Made by a program: the position numbers and the translations under genes. The notes under the pieces were generated by a model. It was not told the origin of the DNA, did not search any database, and saw only the letters and a list, made by a program, of their open reading frames with translations. Source: the human T2T-CHM13v2.0 reference genome, Homo sapiens. Taken from it: a stretch of 64,000 bases of DNA. Position 1 is the first letter of the stretch. Each line of letters begins with the position of its first letter. This document shows positions 29,501 through 44,866 of this stretch, piece after piece. The DNA is taken from the NCBI RefSeq assembly GCF_009914755.1, contig NC_060928.1; one strand, 5' to 3'.

Positions 29501-32500
29501 GTACAGTATATAATATATAGTTTGGGTACTTTGATATTTTATGTACAGTATATAATACATACTTTGGGTACTTTGATATATTATGTACAGTATATAATAC
29601 ATACTAAGGGTACTTTGACATTTTATGTACAGTACATAATACATACTTTGGGTACTTTGATATTTTATGTACAGTATATAATGCATACTTTGGATACTTT
29701 GATATTTTATGTACAGTATATAATACATACTTTGGGTACTTTTATATTTTATGTACAGTATATAGTATATAGTTTGGGTACTTTGATATTTTATGTACGG
29801 TATATAATACATACTTTGGGTACTTTGATATTTTATGTACAGTATATAATACATACTTTGGGTACTCTGATATTTTATGTACAGTATACAATATATAGTT
29901 TGAGTACTTTGATATTTTATGTACTGTATAAAATATATAGTTTTCGTACTTTGATATTTTATGTACAATATATAGTTTGAGTACTTTGATATTTTATGTG
30001 CAGTTTTTTATAAATGTTTGGGTGCTTTCATATTTTACATACAGTATATACTACATACAAACGGCACTTTGATATTTTATGTATAGTATATAATACATAC
30101 TTTGTGTACTCTGATATTTTATGTACAGTGTATAATACATACTTTGGGTACTTTGATATTTTATGTACAATATATAATACATACGTTGGGAACTTTGATA
30201 TATTATGTACAGTATATAATACATACTTTGGGTACTTTGATATTTTATCTACAGTATGCAACACATAGTTTGTGTACTTTGATATTTTATGTACAGTATA
30301 TAATACATACTTTGGGTACTTTGATATTTTATGTACAGTATGTATTACATACTTTGGGTACTTTCATATTTTATGTACAGTATATAATATATAGTTTGGT
30401 TACTTTGATATTTTATCTACAGTTTATAATACATACTTTGGATACTTTGATACTTTATGTACAGTATATAATACATACTTTGGGTACTTTGATATTTTAT
30501 GTACAGTATACAATATATAGTTTGAGTACTTTGATATTTTATGTGCAGTATAAAATATATAGTTTTGGTACTTTCATATTTTATGTACAGTATATAGTTT
30601 GAGTACTTTGATATTTTATGTACAGTTTTTTATAAATGTTTGGGTGCTTTCATATTTTATGTACAGTATATAATACATACTAAGGGCACTTTGATATTTT
30701 ATGTACAGTATATAATACATACTTTGGGTACTTTGATATTTTATGTACGTCATATAATATATAGTTTGGGTACTTTGATATTTTCTGTACAGTATATAAT
30801 ACATACCTTGGATACTTTGATATTTTATGTACAGTATATAATATATAGTTTGGGTATTTTGATATTTTATGTACAGTATATAATACATACTTTGGGTACT
30901 TTGATATTTTATGTACAGTATATAATACATACTTTAGGAACTTTGATATTTTATGTACAGTATGTAAAACATACTTTGGGTACTTTGATATTTTATGTAC
31001 AGGATATAATGCATATTTTGGGTACTTTGATAGTTTATGTACAGTATATAATACATACTTTGGGTACTTTGATATTTTATGTATAGTATAAAATATATAG
31101 TTTGGGTACTTTGATATTTTATATACAGTATGTAAAAGATACTTTGGGGAGTTTGATATTTTATGTACAGTATGTAAAACATACTTTGGGGAGTTTGATA
31201 TTTTATGAACAGTATATAATACACATTTTGTGTACTTTGATATTTTATGTACAGTATATATTACATACTTTGGGTACTTTGATATTTTATGTACAGTATA
31301 CAATATATAGTTTGAGTACTTTGATATTTTATGTACTGTATAAAATATATAGTTTTGGTACTTTGATATTTTATGTACAGTATATAGTTTGAGTACTTTG
31401 ATATTTTATGTACAGTTTGTTATAAATATTTTGGTGCTTTCATATTTTATGTACTGTATATAATACATGCTTTGGGCACTTTGATATTTTATGTACAGTA
31501 TATAATACATACTTTGGGTACTCTGATATTTTATGTACAGTGTATAATACATACTTTGGGTACTTTGATATTTTATGTATAGTATATAATACATACATTG
31601 GGTACTTTGATATATTATGTACAGTATATAATACTTACTTGGGGTACTTTGATATTTTATGTACAGTATATAATACATAGTTTGTGTACTTTGATATTTT
31701 ATGTACAGTATATAATACATAATTTGGGTACTTTGATATTTTATGTACAGTATATAATACATACTTTGGGTATCTTGATATTTTATGTACAGTATATAAT
31801 GCATACTTTGCGTACTTTGATATTTTATGTACAGTATATAATGCATACTTTGGGTACTTTGATATTTTATGTACAGTATGTAATACATACTTTGGGTACT
31901 TTGATATTTTATGTATAGTATATAATACATACTTTGTGTAGTTTGATATTTTATGTACAGTATACAATATATAGTTTGAGTACTTTGTTATTTTATGTGC
32001 AGTATAAAATATATAGTTTTCGTAATTGATATTTTATGTACAGAATATAGTTTGAGTACTTTGATATTTTATGTACACTTTATTATAAATGTTTGGGTAC
32101 TTTCATATTTTATGTACGGTATATAATACATACTTTGGTCTCTTTGATGTTTTATGTACAGTATATAATTCATACTTTGGGTTCTTTGATATTTTATGTA
32201 CAGAATATAATGCATAGTTTTAGGTACTTTTATATTTTATGTACAGTATATAATACATACTTTGGGTACTTTGATATTTTATGTACAGTATATAATACAT
32301 ACTTTGGGTACTTTGATATTTTATGTACAGTATATAATACATACTTTGGGTACTTTGATATTTTATGTACAGTATATAATACATATTATTGGTACTTTGA
32401 TATTTTATGTACAGTATACAATATATAGTTTGAGTATTTTGATATTTTATGTCCAGTATAATATACATAGATTTCATACTTTGATATTTTATGTACAGAA

Positions 32501-35500
32501 TATAGTTTGAGTACTTTGATATTTTATGTACACTTTATCATAAAAGTTTGAGTACTTTCATATTTTACGTACAGTATATAATACATACTTTGGGCACTTT
32601 GATGTTTTATGTACAGTATATAATACATACTTTGGGTTCTTTGATATGTTATGTACAGCATATAGTACATAATTTGGGGACTTTTATATTTTATGTACAT
32701 TATATAATACATGCTTTGGGTACTTTTATATTTTATGTACGGTATATAATACATACTTTGGGTACTTTGATATATTATGTACAGTATATAATACATACTT
32801 TGGGTACTTTGATATATTATGTACAGTATATAATACATACTTAGGGTACTTTGATATTTTATGTACAGTATACAATATATACTTTGACTACTTTGATATT
32901 TTATGTCCAGTATAGAATATATAGTTTTGGTAGTTTGATATTTTATGTACAGTATGTAGTTTGAGTACATTGATATTTTACGTACACTTTATTATAAATG
33001 TTTGGATACTTTCATATTTTATGTACAGTATATAATACATACTTTGGGCACTTTGATATTTTATGTACAGTATACAATACATACTTTGGGTACTTTGATA
33101 TTTTATGTACAGTATATAATACATAATTTGGGTACTTTGATATTTTATTTACAGTATATAATGCATACTTTGGGTACTTTGATGTTTTATGTACAGTATA
33201 TAATACATACTTAGGGTACTTTGACATTTTATGTGCAGTACATAATACATACTTTGGATACTTTGTTATTTTAAATACAGTATGTAATATATATTTTGGG
33301 TACTTTGATATTTTATGTACAGTATATAATACATACTTTGGTACTTTTATATTTCATGTACAGTATATAATATATAGTTTGGGTACTTTGATATTTTATG
33401 TACAGTATATAATACATAGTTTGGGTATTTTGATATTTTATGTACAGTATATAATACATACTTTGGGTACTTTGATATTTTATGTACAGTATATAATATA
33501 TAGTTTGGGTACTTTGATAATTTATGTGCAGTATATAACACATACTTTCGGTAGTTGGATATTTTATGTACAGTATATAATACATACTTTGGGTACTTCG
33601 ATATTTGATGTACAGTATACTATATATAGTTTGGGTACTTTGATATTTTATGTCGGGTACAAAATAAATAGTTTTGGTACTTAGATATTTTATGTACAGT
33701 ATATAGTTTGAGTACTTTGATATTTTATGTACAGTTTATTATTAATGGGTGCTTTCATATTTTATGTACAGTATATAATACATACTATGGGCACTTTGAT
33801 ATTTTATGTAGAGTATATAATACATACTTTGGGTACTTTGATATTTTATATACACTACATAATACATACTTTGGGTACTTTGATATTTTATGTACAGTAC
33901 ATAATATATAGTTTGGGTACTTTGATATTGTATGTGCAGTATATAACACATACTTTCGGTACTTGGATATTTTATGTACAGTATATAATACATAATTTGG
34001 GTACTTCCATATTTTATGTACAGTATGCTATATATACTTTGGGTACTTTGATATTGTATGTCCAGTATAAAATAAAAAGTTTTGGTAATTCGATATTTTA
34101 TGTACAGTGTATCGTTTGAGTACTTTGATATTTAATGTGCAGTTTATTATAAATGTTCGGGTGCTTTCATATTTTATGTACAGTATATAATACATACTTT
34201 GAGCACTTTGATATTTTATGTACAGTATATAATACATACTTTGGGTAATTTGATATTTTATGTACAGTATATAATACATACATTGGGTACTTTGATATTT
34301 TATGTACAGTATATAATATATAGTTAGGGTACTTTGATATTTTATATACAGTATATAATATATATTATGTGTACTTTGATATATTATGTACAGTATATAA
34401 TATATAGTTTGGGTAATTTGATATTTTATGTACAGTATACAATATATAGTATTGGTACTTTGATATTTCATGTAAAGTATATAGTTTGAGTACTTTGATA
34501 TTTTATATACAGTTTATTATAAATGTTTGGGTACCTTCCTATTTTATGTAGAGTATATAATACATACTTTGGGAACTTTTATTTTATGTGCAGTATATAA
34601 TACATACTTTGGGTACTTTGATATTTTATGTACAGTATATAATACATACTATTGGTACTTTGATATTTTATGTACAGTATACAATATATAGTTTGAGTAC
34701 TTTGATATTTTATGTCCAGTATAAAATATATAGATTTCATACTTTGATATTTTATGTACTGAATGTAGTTTGAGTACTTTGATATTTTATGTACACTTTA
34801 TTATAAAAGTTTGGGTACTTTCATATTTTACGTACAGTATATAATACATACTTTGGGCACTTTGATGTTTTATGTACAGTATATAATACATACTTTGGGT
34901 TCTTTGATATTTTATGTACAGCATATAATACATAATTTGGGGACTTTTATATTTTATGTACATTATATTATACATACTTTGGGTACTTTTATATTTTATG
35001 TACGGTATATAATACACACTTTGGGTACTTTGATATATTATGTACAGTATATAATACATACTTTGGGTACTTTGATATATTATGTACAGTATATAATACA
35101 TACTAAGGGTACTTTGACATTTTATGTACAGTACATAATACATACTTTGGGTACTTTGATATTTTATGTAAAGTATATAATGCATACTTTGGATACTTTG
35201 ATATTTTATGTACAGTATATAATACATACTTTGGGTACTTTTATATTTTATGTACAGTATATAATATATAGTTTGGGTACTTTGATATTTTATGTACGGT
35301 ATATAATACATACTTTGGGTACTTTGATATTTTATGTACAGTATATAATACATACTTTGTGTACTCTGATATTTTATGTACAGTATACAATATATAGTTT
35401 GAATACTTTGATATTTTATGTACTGTATAAAATATATAGTGTTCGTACTTTGATATTTTATGTACAATATATAGTTTGAGTACTTTGATATTTTATGTAC

Positions 35501-36465
35501 AGTTTTTTATAAATGTTTGGGTGCTTTCATATTTTATGTACAGTATATAATACATACAAACGGCACTTTGATATTTTATGTACAGTATATAATACATACT
35601 TTGGGTACTCTGATATTTTATGTACAGTGTATAATACATACTTTGGGTACTTTGATATTTTATGTACAATATATAATACATACGTTGGTAACTTTGATAT
35701 ATTATGTACAGTATATAATACATACTTTGGGTACTTTGATATTTTATCTACAGTATACAACACATAGTTTGTGTACTTTGATATTTTAGGTACAGTATAT
35801 AATACATACTTTGGGTACTTTGATATTTTATGTACAGTATATAATACATACATTGGGTACTTTCATATTTTATGTACAGTATATAATATATAGTTTGGTT
35901 ACTTTGATATTTTATCTACAGCTTATAATACATACTTTGGATACTTTGATACTTTATGTACAGTATATAATACATAATTTGGGTACTTTGTTATTTTATG
36001 TACAGTATACAATATATAGTTTGAGTACTTTGATATTTTATGTGCAGTATAAAATATATAGTTTTGGTACTTTCATATTTTATGTACAGTATATAGTTTG
36101 AGTACTTTGATATTTTATGTACAGTTTTTTATAAATGTTTGGGGGCTTTCATATTTTATGTACAGTATATAATACATACTAAGGGCACTTTGATATTTTA
36201 TGTACAGTATATAATACATACCTGGGGTACTTTGATATTTTATGTACAGTATATAATACATAGTTTGGGTATTTTGATATTTTATGTACAGTATATAATA
36301 CATACATTGGGTACTTTGATATATTATGTACAGTATATAATACTTACTTGGGGTACTTTGATATTTTATGTACAGTATAAAATATATAGTTTTGGTACTT
36401 TGATATTTTATGTACAGTATATAGTTTGAGTACTTTGATATTTTATGTACAGTTTGTTATAAATG

Positions 36466-37128
36466 TTTGGGTGCTTTCATATTTTATGTACTGTATATAA
36501 TACATGCTTTGGGCACTTTGATATTTTATGTACAGTATATAATACATACTTTGGGTACTCTGATATTTTATGTACAGTGTATAATACATACTTTGGGTAC
36601 TTTGATATTTTATGTACAGTATATAATACATACATTGGGTACTTTGATATATTATGTACAGTATATAATACTTACTTGGGGTACTTTGATATTTTATGTA
36701 CAGTATATAATACATAGTTTGTGTACTTTGATATTTTATGTACAGTATGTAGTACACACTTTGGGTACTTTGATATTTTATGTACAGTATATAATACATA
36801 CTTTGGGTATCTTGATATTTTATGTACAGTATATAATGCATACTTTGCGTCCTTTGATATTTTATGTACAGTATATAATGCATACTTTGGGTACTTTGAT
36901 ATTTCATGTACAGTATGTAATACATACCTTGGGTACTTTGATATTTTATGTATAGTATATAATACATACTTTGTGTAGTTTGATATTTTATGTACAGTAT
37001 ACAATATATAGTTTGAGTACTTTGTTATTTTATGTGCAGTATAAAATATATAGTTTTCGTAATTGATATTTTATGTACACAATATAGTTTGAGTACTTTG
37101 ATATTTTATGTACACTTTATTATAAATG
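36466..37128 (+). repeat. Block family D (663 bp = 42x16-9); example copy
   Basis: Markers CATGCTTTGGGCAC, CTTACTTGGGG, GGGTATCTTG and a 34-bp tail monomer TTTTCGTAATTGAT. Heads near 9775, 20885, 31430, 36467, 45700, 51483 and 57207. Confidence 0.82.
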
Positions 37129-37583
37129 TTTGGGTACTTTCATATTTTATGTACAGTATATAATACATACTTTGGTCTCTTTGATGTTTTATGTACAGTA
37201 TATAATACATACTTTGGGTTCTTTGATATTTTATGTACAGAATATAATGCATAGTTTTAGGTACTTTTATATTTTATGTAAAGTATATAATACATACTTT
37301 GGGTACTTTGATATTTTATGTACAGTATATAATACATACTTTGGGAACTTTGATATTTTATGTACAGTATGTAATACATACTTTGGGTACTTTGATATTT
37401 TATGTACAGTATATAATACATACTATTGGTACTTTGATATTTTATGTACAGTATACAATATATAGTTTGAGGACTTTGATATTTTATGTCCAGTATAAAA
37501 TATATAGATTTCATACTTTGATATTTTATGTACTGAATGTAGTTTGAGTACTTTGATATTTTATGTACACTTTAATATAAAAG
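37129..37583 (+). repeat. Block family E (455 bp = 42x11-7, contains a 43-bp monomer); example copy
   Basis: Markers GGTCTCTTTGATG, CAGAATATAATGCATAGTTTTAGGTAC (+1 bp) and TAGATTTCATAC. Heads at 6222, 17934, 25447, 32093, 37130, 46363, 52146, 57870 and 60977. Confidence 0.85.
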
Positions 37584-40500
37584 TTTGGGTACTTTCATAT
37601 TTTACGTACAGTATATAATACATACTTTGGGCACTTTGATGTTTTATGTACAGTATATAATACATACTTTGGGTTCTTTGATATTTTATGTACAGCATAT
37701 AATACATAATTTGGGGACTTTTATATTTTATGTACATTATATTATACATACTTTGGGTACTTTTATATTTTATATACGGTATATAATACACACTTTGGGT
37801 ACTTTGATATATTATCTACAGTATATAATACATACTTTGGGTACTTTGATATATTATGTACAGTATATAATACATACTAAGGGTACTTTGACATTTTATG
37901 TACAGTACATAATACATACTTTGGGTACTTTGATATTTTATGTACAGTATGTAATGCATACTTTGGATACTTTGATATTTTATGTACAGTATATAATACA
38001 TACTTTGGGTACTTTTATATTTTATGTACAGTATATAATATATAGTTTGGGTACTTTGATATTTTATGTACGGTATATAATACATACTTTGGGTACTTTG
38101 ATATTTTATGTACAGTATATAATACATACTTTGGGTACTCTGATATTTTATGTACCGTATACAATATATAGTTTGAGTACTTTGATATTTTATGTACTGT
38201 ATAAAATATATAGTTTTCGTACTTTGATATTTTATGTACAGTATATAGTTTGAGTACTTTGATATTTTATGTACCGTTTTTTATAAATGTTTGGGTGCTT
38301 TCATATTTTATGTACAGTATATAATACATACAAAGGGCACTTTGTTATTTTATGTACAGTATATAATACATACTTTGGGTACTCTGATATTTTATGTACA
38401 GTGTATAATACATACTTTGGGTACTTTGATATTTTATGTACAATATATAATACATACGTTGGGAACTTTGATATATTATGTACAGTATATAATACATACT
38501 TTGGGTACTTTGATATTTTATGTACAGTATATAATACATACTTTGGGTACTTTCATATTTTATGTACAGTATATAATACATAGTTTGGTTACTTTGATAT
38601 TTTATCTACAGCTTATAATACATACTTTGGATACTTTGATACTTTATGTACAGTATATAATACATACTTTGGGTACTTTGATATTTTATGTACAGTATAC
38701 AATATATAGTTTGAGTACTTTGATATTTTATGTGCAGTATAAAATATATAGTTTTGGTACTTTCATATTTTATGTACAGTATATAGTTTGAGTACTTTGA
38801 TATTTTATGTACAGTTTTTTATAAATGTTTGGGTGCTTTCATATTTTATGTACAGTATATAATACATACTAAGGGCACTTTGATATTTTATGTACAGTAT
38901 ATAATACATACTTTGGGTACTTTGATATTTTATGTACGTCATATAATATATAGTTTGGGTACTTTGATATTTTATGTACAGTATATAATACATACCTTGG
39001 GTACTTTGATATTTTATGTACAGTACATAATATATAGTTTGGGTATTTTGATATTTTATGTACAGTATATAATACATACTTTGGGTACTTTGATATTTTA
39101 TGTACAGTATATAATACATACTTTGGGAACTTTGATATTTTATGTACAGTATGTAAAACATACTTTGGGTACTTTGATATTTTATGTACAGTATATAATA
39201 CATACTATTGGTACTTTGATATTTTATGTACATTATACAATATATAGTTTGAGTACTTTGATATTTTATGTCCAGTATAAAATATATAGATTTCGTACTT
39301 TGATATTTTATGTACAGAATATAGTTTGAGTACTTTGATATTTTATGTACACTTTATTATAAAAGTTTGGGTACTTTCATATTTTACGTACAGTATATAA
39401 TACATACTTTGGGCACTTTGATGTTTTATGTACAGTATATAATACATACTTTAGGTTCTTTTATATTTTATGTACAGCATATAATACAAAATTTGGGATC
39501 TTTTATATTTTATGTACATTATATAATACATACTTTGGGGACTTTTATATTTTATGTACGGTATATAATACATACTTTGGGTACTTTGATATATTATGTA
39601 CAGTATATAATACATACTTTGGGTAATTTGATATATTATGTACAGTATATAATACATACTTAGGGTACTTTGACATTTTATGTACAGTATATAATACATA
39701 CTTTGGGTACTTTGATATTTTATGAACAGTATATAATACATACTTTGGGTACTTTGATATTTTATGTACTGTATATAATACATACTTTGGGTACTTTTAT
39801 ATTTTATGTACAGTATATAATATATAGTTTGGGTACTTTGATATTTTATGTACGGTATATAATACATACTTTGGGTACTTTGATATTTTATGTATAGTAT
39901 ATAATACATACTTTGGGTACTTTGATATTGTATGTACAGTATACAATATATAGTTTGAGTTCTTTGATATTTTATGTACTGTATAAAATATATAGTTTTG
40001 GTACTTTGATATTTTATGTATAGTATATAGTTTGAGTACTTTGATATTTTATGTACAGTTTTTTATAAATATTTGGGTGCCTTCATATTTTATGTACAGT
40101 ATATAATACATACTAAGCGCACTTTGATATTTTATGTACAGTATATAATACATACTTTGGTTACTCTGATATTTTATGTACAGTGTATAATACATACTTT
40201 GGGTACTTTGATATTTTATGTACAATATATAATACATACGTTGGGAACTTTGATATATTATGTACAGTATATAATACATACTTTGGTACTTTGATATTTT
40301 ATGTACAGTATATAATACATAGTTTGTGTACTTTGATATTTTATGTACAGTATATAATACATACTTTGGGTACTTTGATATTTTATATACAGTATATAAT
40401 ACATACTTTGGGTACTTTCATATTTCATGTACAGTTTATAATATATAGTTTGGGTACTTTGGTATATTATGTACTGTATATAATACATACTTTGGGTACT

Positions 40501-43500
40501 TTGATATTTTATGTACAGTATATAATACATACTTTGGGTACTTTGATATTTTATGTACAGTATACAATATATACTTTGACTACTTTGATATTTTATGTCC
40601 AGTATAGAATATATAGTTTTGGTAGTTTGATATTTTATGTACAGTATATAGTTTGAGTACATTGATATTTTATGTACACTTTATTATAAATGTTTGGATA
40701 CTTTCATATTTTATGTACAGTATATAATACATACTTTGGGCACTTTGATATTTTATGTACAGTATACCATACATACTTTGGGTACTTTGATATTTTATGT
40801 ACAGTATATAATACATAATTTGGGTAATTTGATATTTTATGTACAGTATATAATACATACATTGGGTACTTTGATATTTTATGTACAGTATATAATATAT
40901 AGTTAGGGTACTTTGATATTTTATATACAGTATATAATATATATTATGTGTACTTTGATATATTATGTACAGTATATAATATATAGTTTGGGTAATTTGA
41001 TATTTTATGTACAGTATACAATATATAGAATTGGTACTTTGATATTTCATGTAAAGTATATAGTTTGAGTACTTTGATATTTTATATACAGTTTATTATA
41101 AATGTTTGGGTACCTTCCTATTTTATGTAGAGTATATAATACATACTTTGGGAACTTTTATTTTATGTGCAGTATATAATACATACTTTGGGTACTTTGA
41201 TATTTTATGTACAGTATATAATACATACTATTGGTACTTTGATATTTTATGTACAGTATACAATATATAGTTTGAGTACTTTGATATTTTATGTCCAGTA
41301 TAAAATATATAGATTTCATACTTTGATATTTTATGTACTGAATGTAGTTTGAGTACTTTGATATTTTATGTACACTTTATTATAAAAGTTTGGGTACTTT
41401 CATATTTTACGTACAGTATATAATACATACTTTGGGCACTTTGATGTTTTATGTACAGTATATAATACATACTTTGGGTTCTTTGATATTTTATGTACAG
41501 CATATAATACATAATTTGGGGACTTTTATATTTTATGTACATTATATTATACATACTTTGGGTACTTTTATATTTTATGTACGGTGTATAATACACACTT
41601 TGCGTACTTTGATATATTATGTACAGTATATAATACATACTTTGGGTACTTTGATATATTATGTACAGTATATAATACATACTAAGGGTACTTTGACATT
41701 TTATGTACAGTACATAATACATACTTTGGGTACTTTGATATTTTATGTACAGTATATAATGCACACTTTGGATACTTTGATATTTTATGTACAGTATATA
41801 ATACATACTTTGGGTACTTTTATATTTTATGTACAGTATATAATATATAGTTTGGGTACTTTGATATTTTATGTACGATATATAATACATACTTTGGGTA
41901 CTTTGATATTTTATGTACAGTATATAATACATACTTTGGGTACTCTGATATTTTATGTACAGTATACAATATATAGTTTGAATACTTTGATATTTTATGT
42001 ACTGTATAAAATATATAGTTTTCGTACTTTGATATTTTATGTACAATATATAGTTTGAGTACTTTGATATTTTATGTACAGTTTTTTATAAATGTTTGGG
42101 TGCTTTCATATTTTATATACAGTATATAATACATACAAAGGGCACTTTGATATTTTATGTACAGTATATAATACATACTTTGGGTACTCTGATATTTTAT
42201 GTACAGTGTATAATACATACTTTGGGTACTTTGATATTTTATGTACAATATATAATACATACGTTGGGAACTTTGATATATTATGTACAGTATATAATAC
42301 ATACTTTGGGTACTTTGATATTTTAACTACAGTATATAATACATACATTGGGTACTTTCATATTTTATGTACAGTATATAATACATACTTTGGGTACTTT
42401 GATATTTTATGTACAGTATATAATACATACTTTGGGTACTTTGATATTTTATGTACAGTATAAAATATATACTTTGACTACTTTGATATTTTATGTCCAG
42501 TATAGAATATATATTTTTGGTACTTTGATATTTTATGTACAGTATATAGTTTGAGTACATTGATATTTTATGTACACTTTATTATAAATGTTTGGATACA
42601 TTCATATTTTATGTACAGTATATAATACATACTTTGGGCACTTTGATATTTTATGTACAGTATACAATACATACTTTGGGTACTTTGATATTTTATGTAT
42701 GGTATATAATACACACTTTGGGTACTTTGATATTTTATGTACAGTATATAATACACACTTTGGGTACTTTGATATTTTATGTACAGTATATAATACATAC
42801 TTTGGGAACTTTGATGTATTATGTACAGTATATAATACATACTTTGGGTACTTTGATATTTTATGTACAGTATATAATACATACTTTGAGTACTTTGATA
42901 TTTTATGTACAGTATATAATACATACTTTGGGTACTTTAATATTTTATGTATAGTATATAATACCTACTTTGGGTACTTTGATATTTTGTGGAAAGTATA
43001 TAATACATGCTTTGGGTAAGTTGATATTTTATGTACAGTATATAATATATAGTTTGGGTACTTTGATATTTTATATACAGTATATAATACATACTTTGTG
43101 TACTTTGATATTTTTTGTACAGTATATAAAACATACTTTGGGGAGTTTGATATTGTATGAACAGTATATAATACACATTTTGGGTACTTTGTTATTTTAT
43201 GTACAGTATATAATACATACTTTGGGTACTTTGATATTTTACGTGCAGTATATAATACATACGTTGGGTACTTTGATATTTTATGTACAGTATATAATAC
43301 ATACATTGGGTACTTCGATATTTTATGTGCAGTACCGTATATATAGTTTGGGTATTTTGATATTTTATGTCCAGTATAAAATAAATAGTTTTGTTACTTT
43401 GATATTTTATGTACAGTTTATAGTTTGAGTACTTTGATATTTAATGTTCAGTTTATTGTAAATGTTTGGGTGCTTTCATATTTTATATACAGTATATAAT

Positions 43501-44866
43501 ACATACTTTGGGCACCTTGATATTTTATGTACAGTATATAATACATACTTTGGGTACTTTGATATTTTATGTACGGTATATAATACATACATTGGGTACT
43601 TTGATATTTTATGTACAGTATATAATATATACTTTGGGTACTTTGATATTTTATATACAGTATATAATATATATTATGTGTACTTTGATATATTCTGTGC
43701 AGTATATAATATATAGTTTGGGTTGTTTGATATTTTATGTACAGTATATAATATATAGTTTGGGTAGTTTGATATTTTAAGTACAGTATGTAATATATAG
43801 TTTGTGTTATTTGATATTTTATGTACAGTATACAATATATAGTACTGGTACTTTGATATTTCATGTAAAGTATATAGTTTGAGTACTTTGATATTTTATA
43901 TACAGTTTATTATAAATGTTTGGGTACCTTCATATTTTATGTACAGTATATAATACATACTTTGGGAACTTTTATTTTATGTGCAGTATATAATACATAC
44001 TTTGGGTACTTTGATATTTTATGTACAGTATATAATACACACTTTGGGTACTTTGATATTTTATGTACAGTATATAATACACACTTTGGGTACTTTGATA
44101 TTTTATGTACAGTATATAATACACACTTTGGGTACTTTGATATTTTATGTACAGTATAAAATATATAGTTTTGGTACTTTGATATTTTATGTACAGTATA
44201 TAGTTTGAGTACCTTGATATTTTATGTACAGTTTGTTATAAATGTTTGGGTGCTTTCATATTTTATGTACAGTATATAATACATACTTTGGGCACTTTGA
44301 TATCTTATGTACAGTATATAATACATACTTTGGGTTCTCTGATATTTTCTGTACAGTGTATAATACATACTTTGGGTACTTTGATATTTTATGTACAATA
44401 TATAATACATACGTTGGGAACTTTGATATATTATGTACAGTATATAATACATACTTTGGGAACTTTGATATTTTATCTACAGTATACAACACATAGTTTG
44501 TGTACTTTGATATTTTATGTACAGTATATAATATATACTTTGGGTACTTTGATATTTTATGTACAGTACATAATACATACTTTGGGTACTTTCATATTTT
44601 ATGTACAGTATATAATATATAGTTTGGTTACTTTGATATTTTATCTACAGTTTATAATACATACTTTGGATACTTTGAAACTTTATGTACAGTATATAAT
44701 ACGTACTTTGGGTACTTTGATATTTTATGTACAGTATACAATATATAGTTTGAGTACTTTAATATTTTATGTGCAGTATAAAATATATAGTTTTGGTACT
44801 TTCATATTTTATATACAGTATATAGTTTGAGTACTTTGATATTTTATGTACAGTTTTTTATAAATG

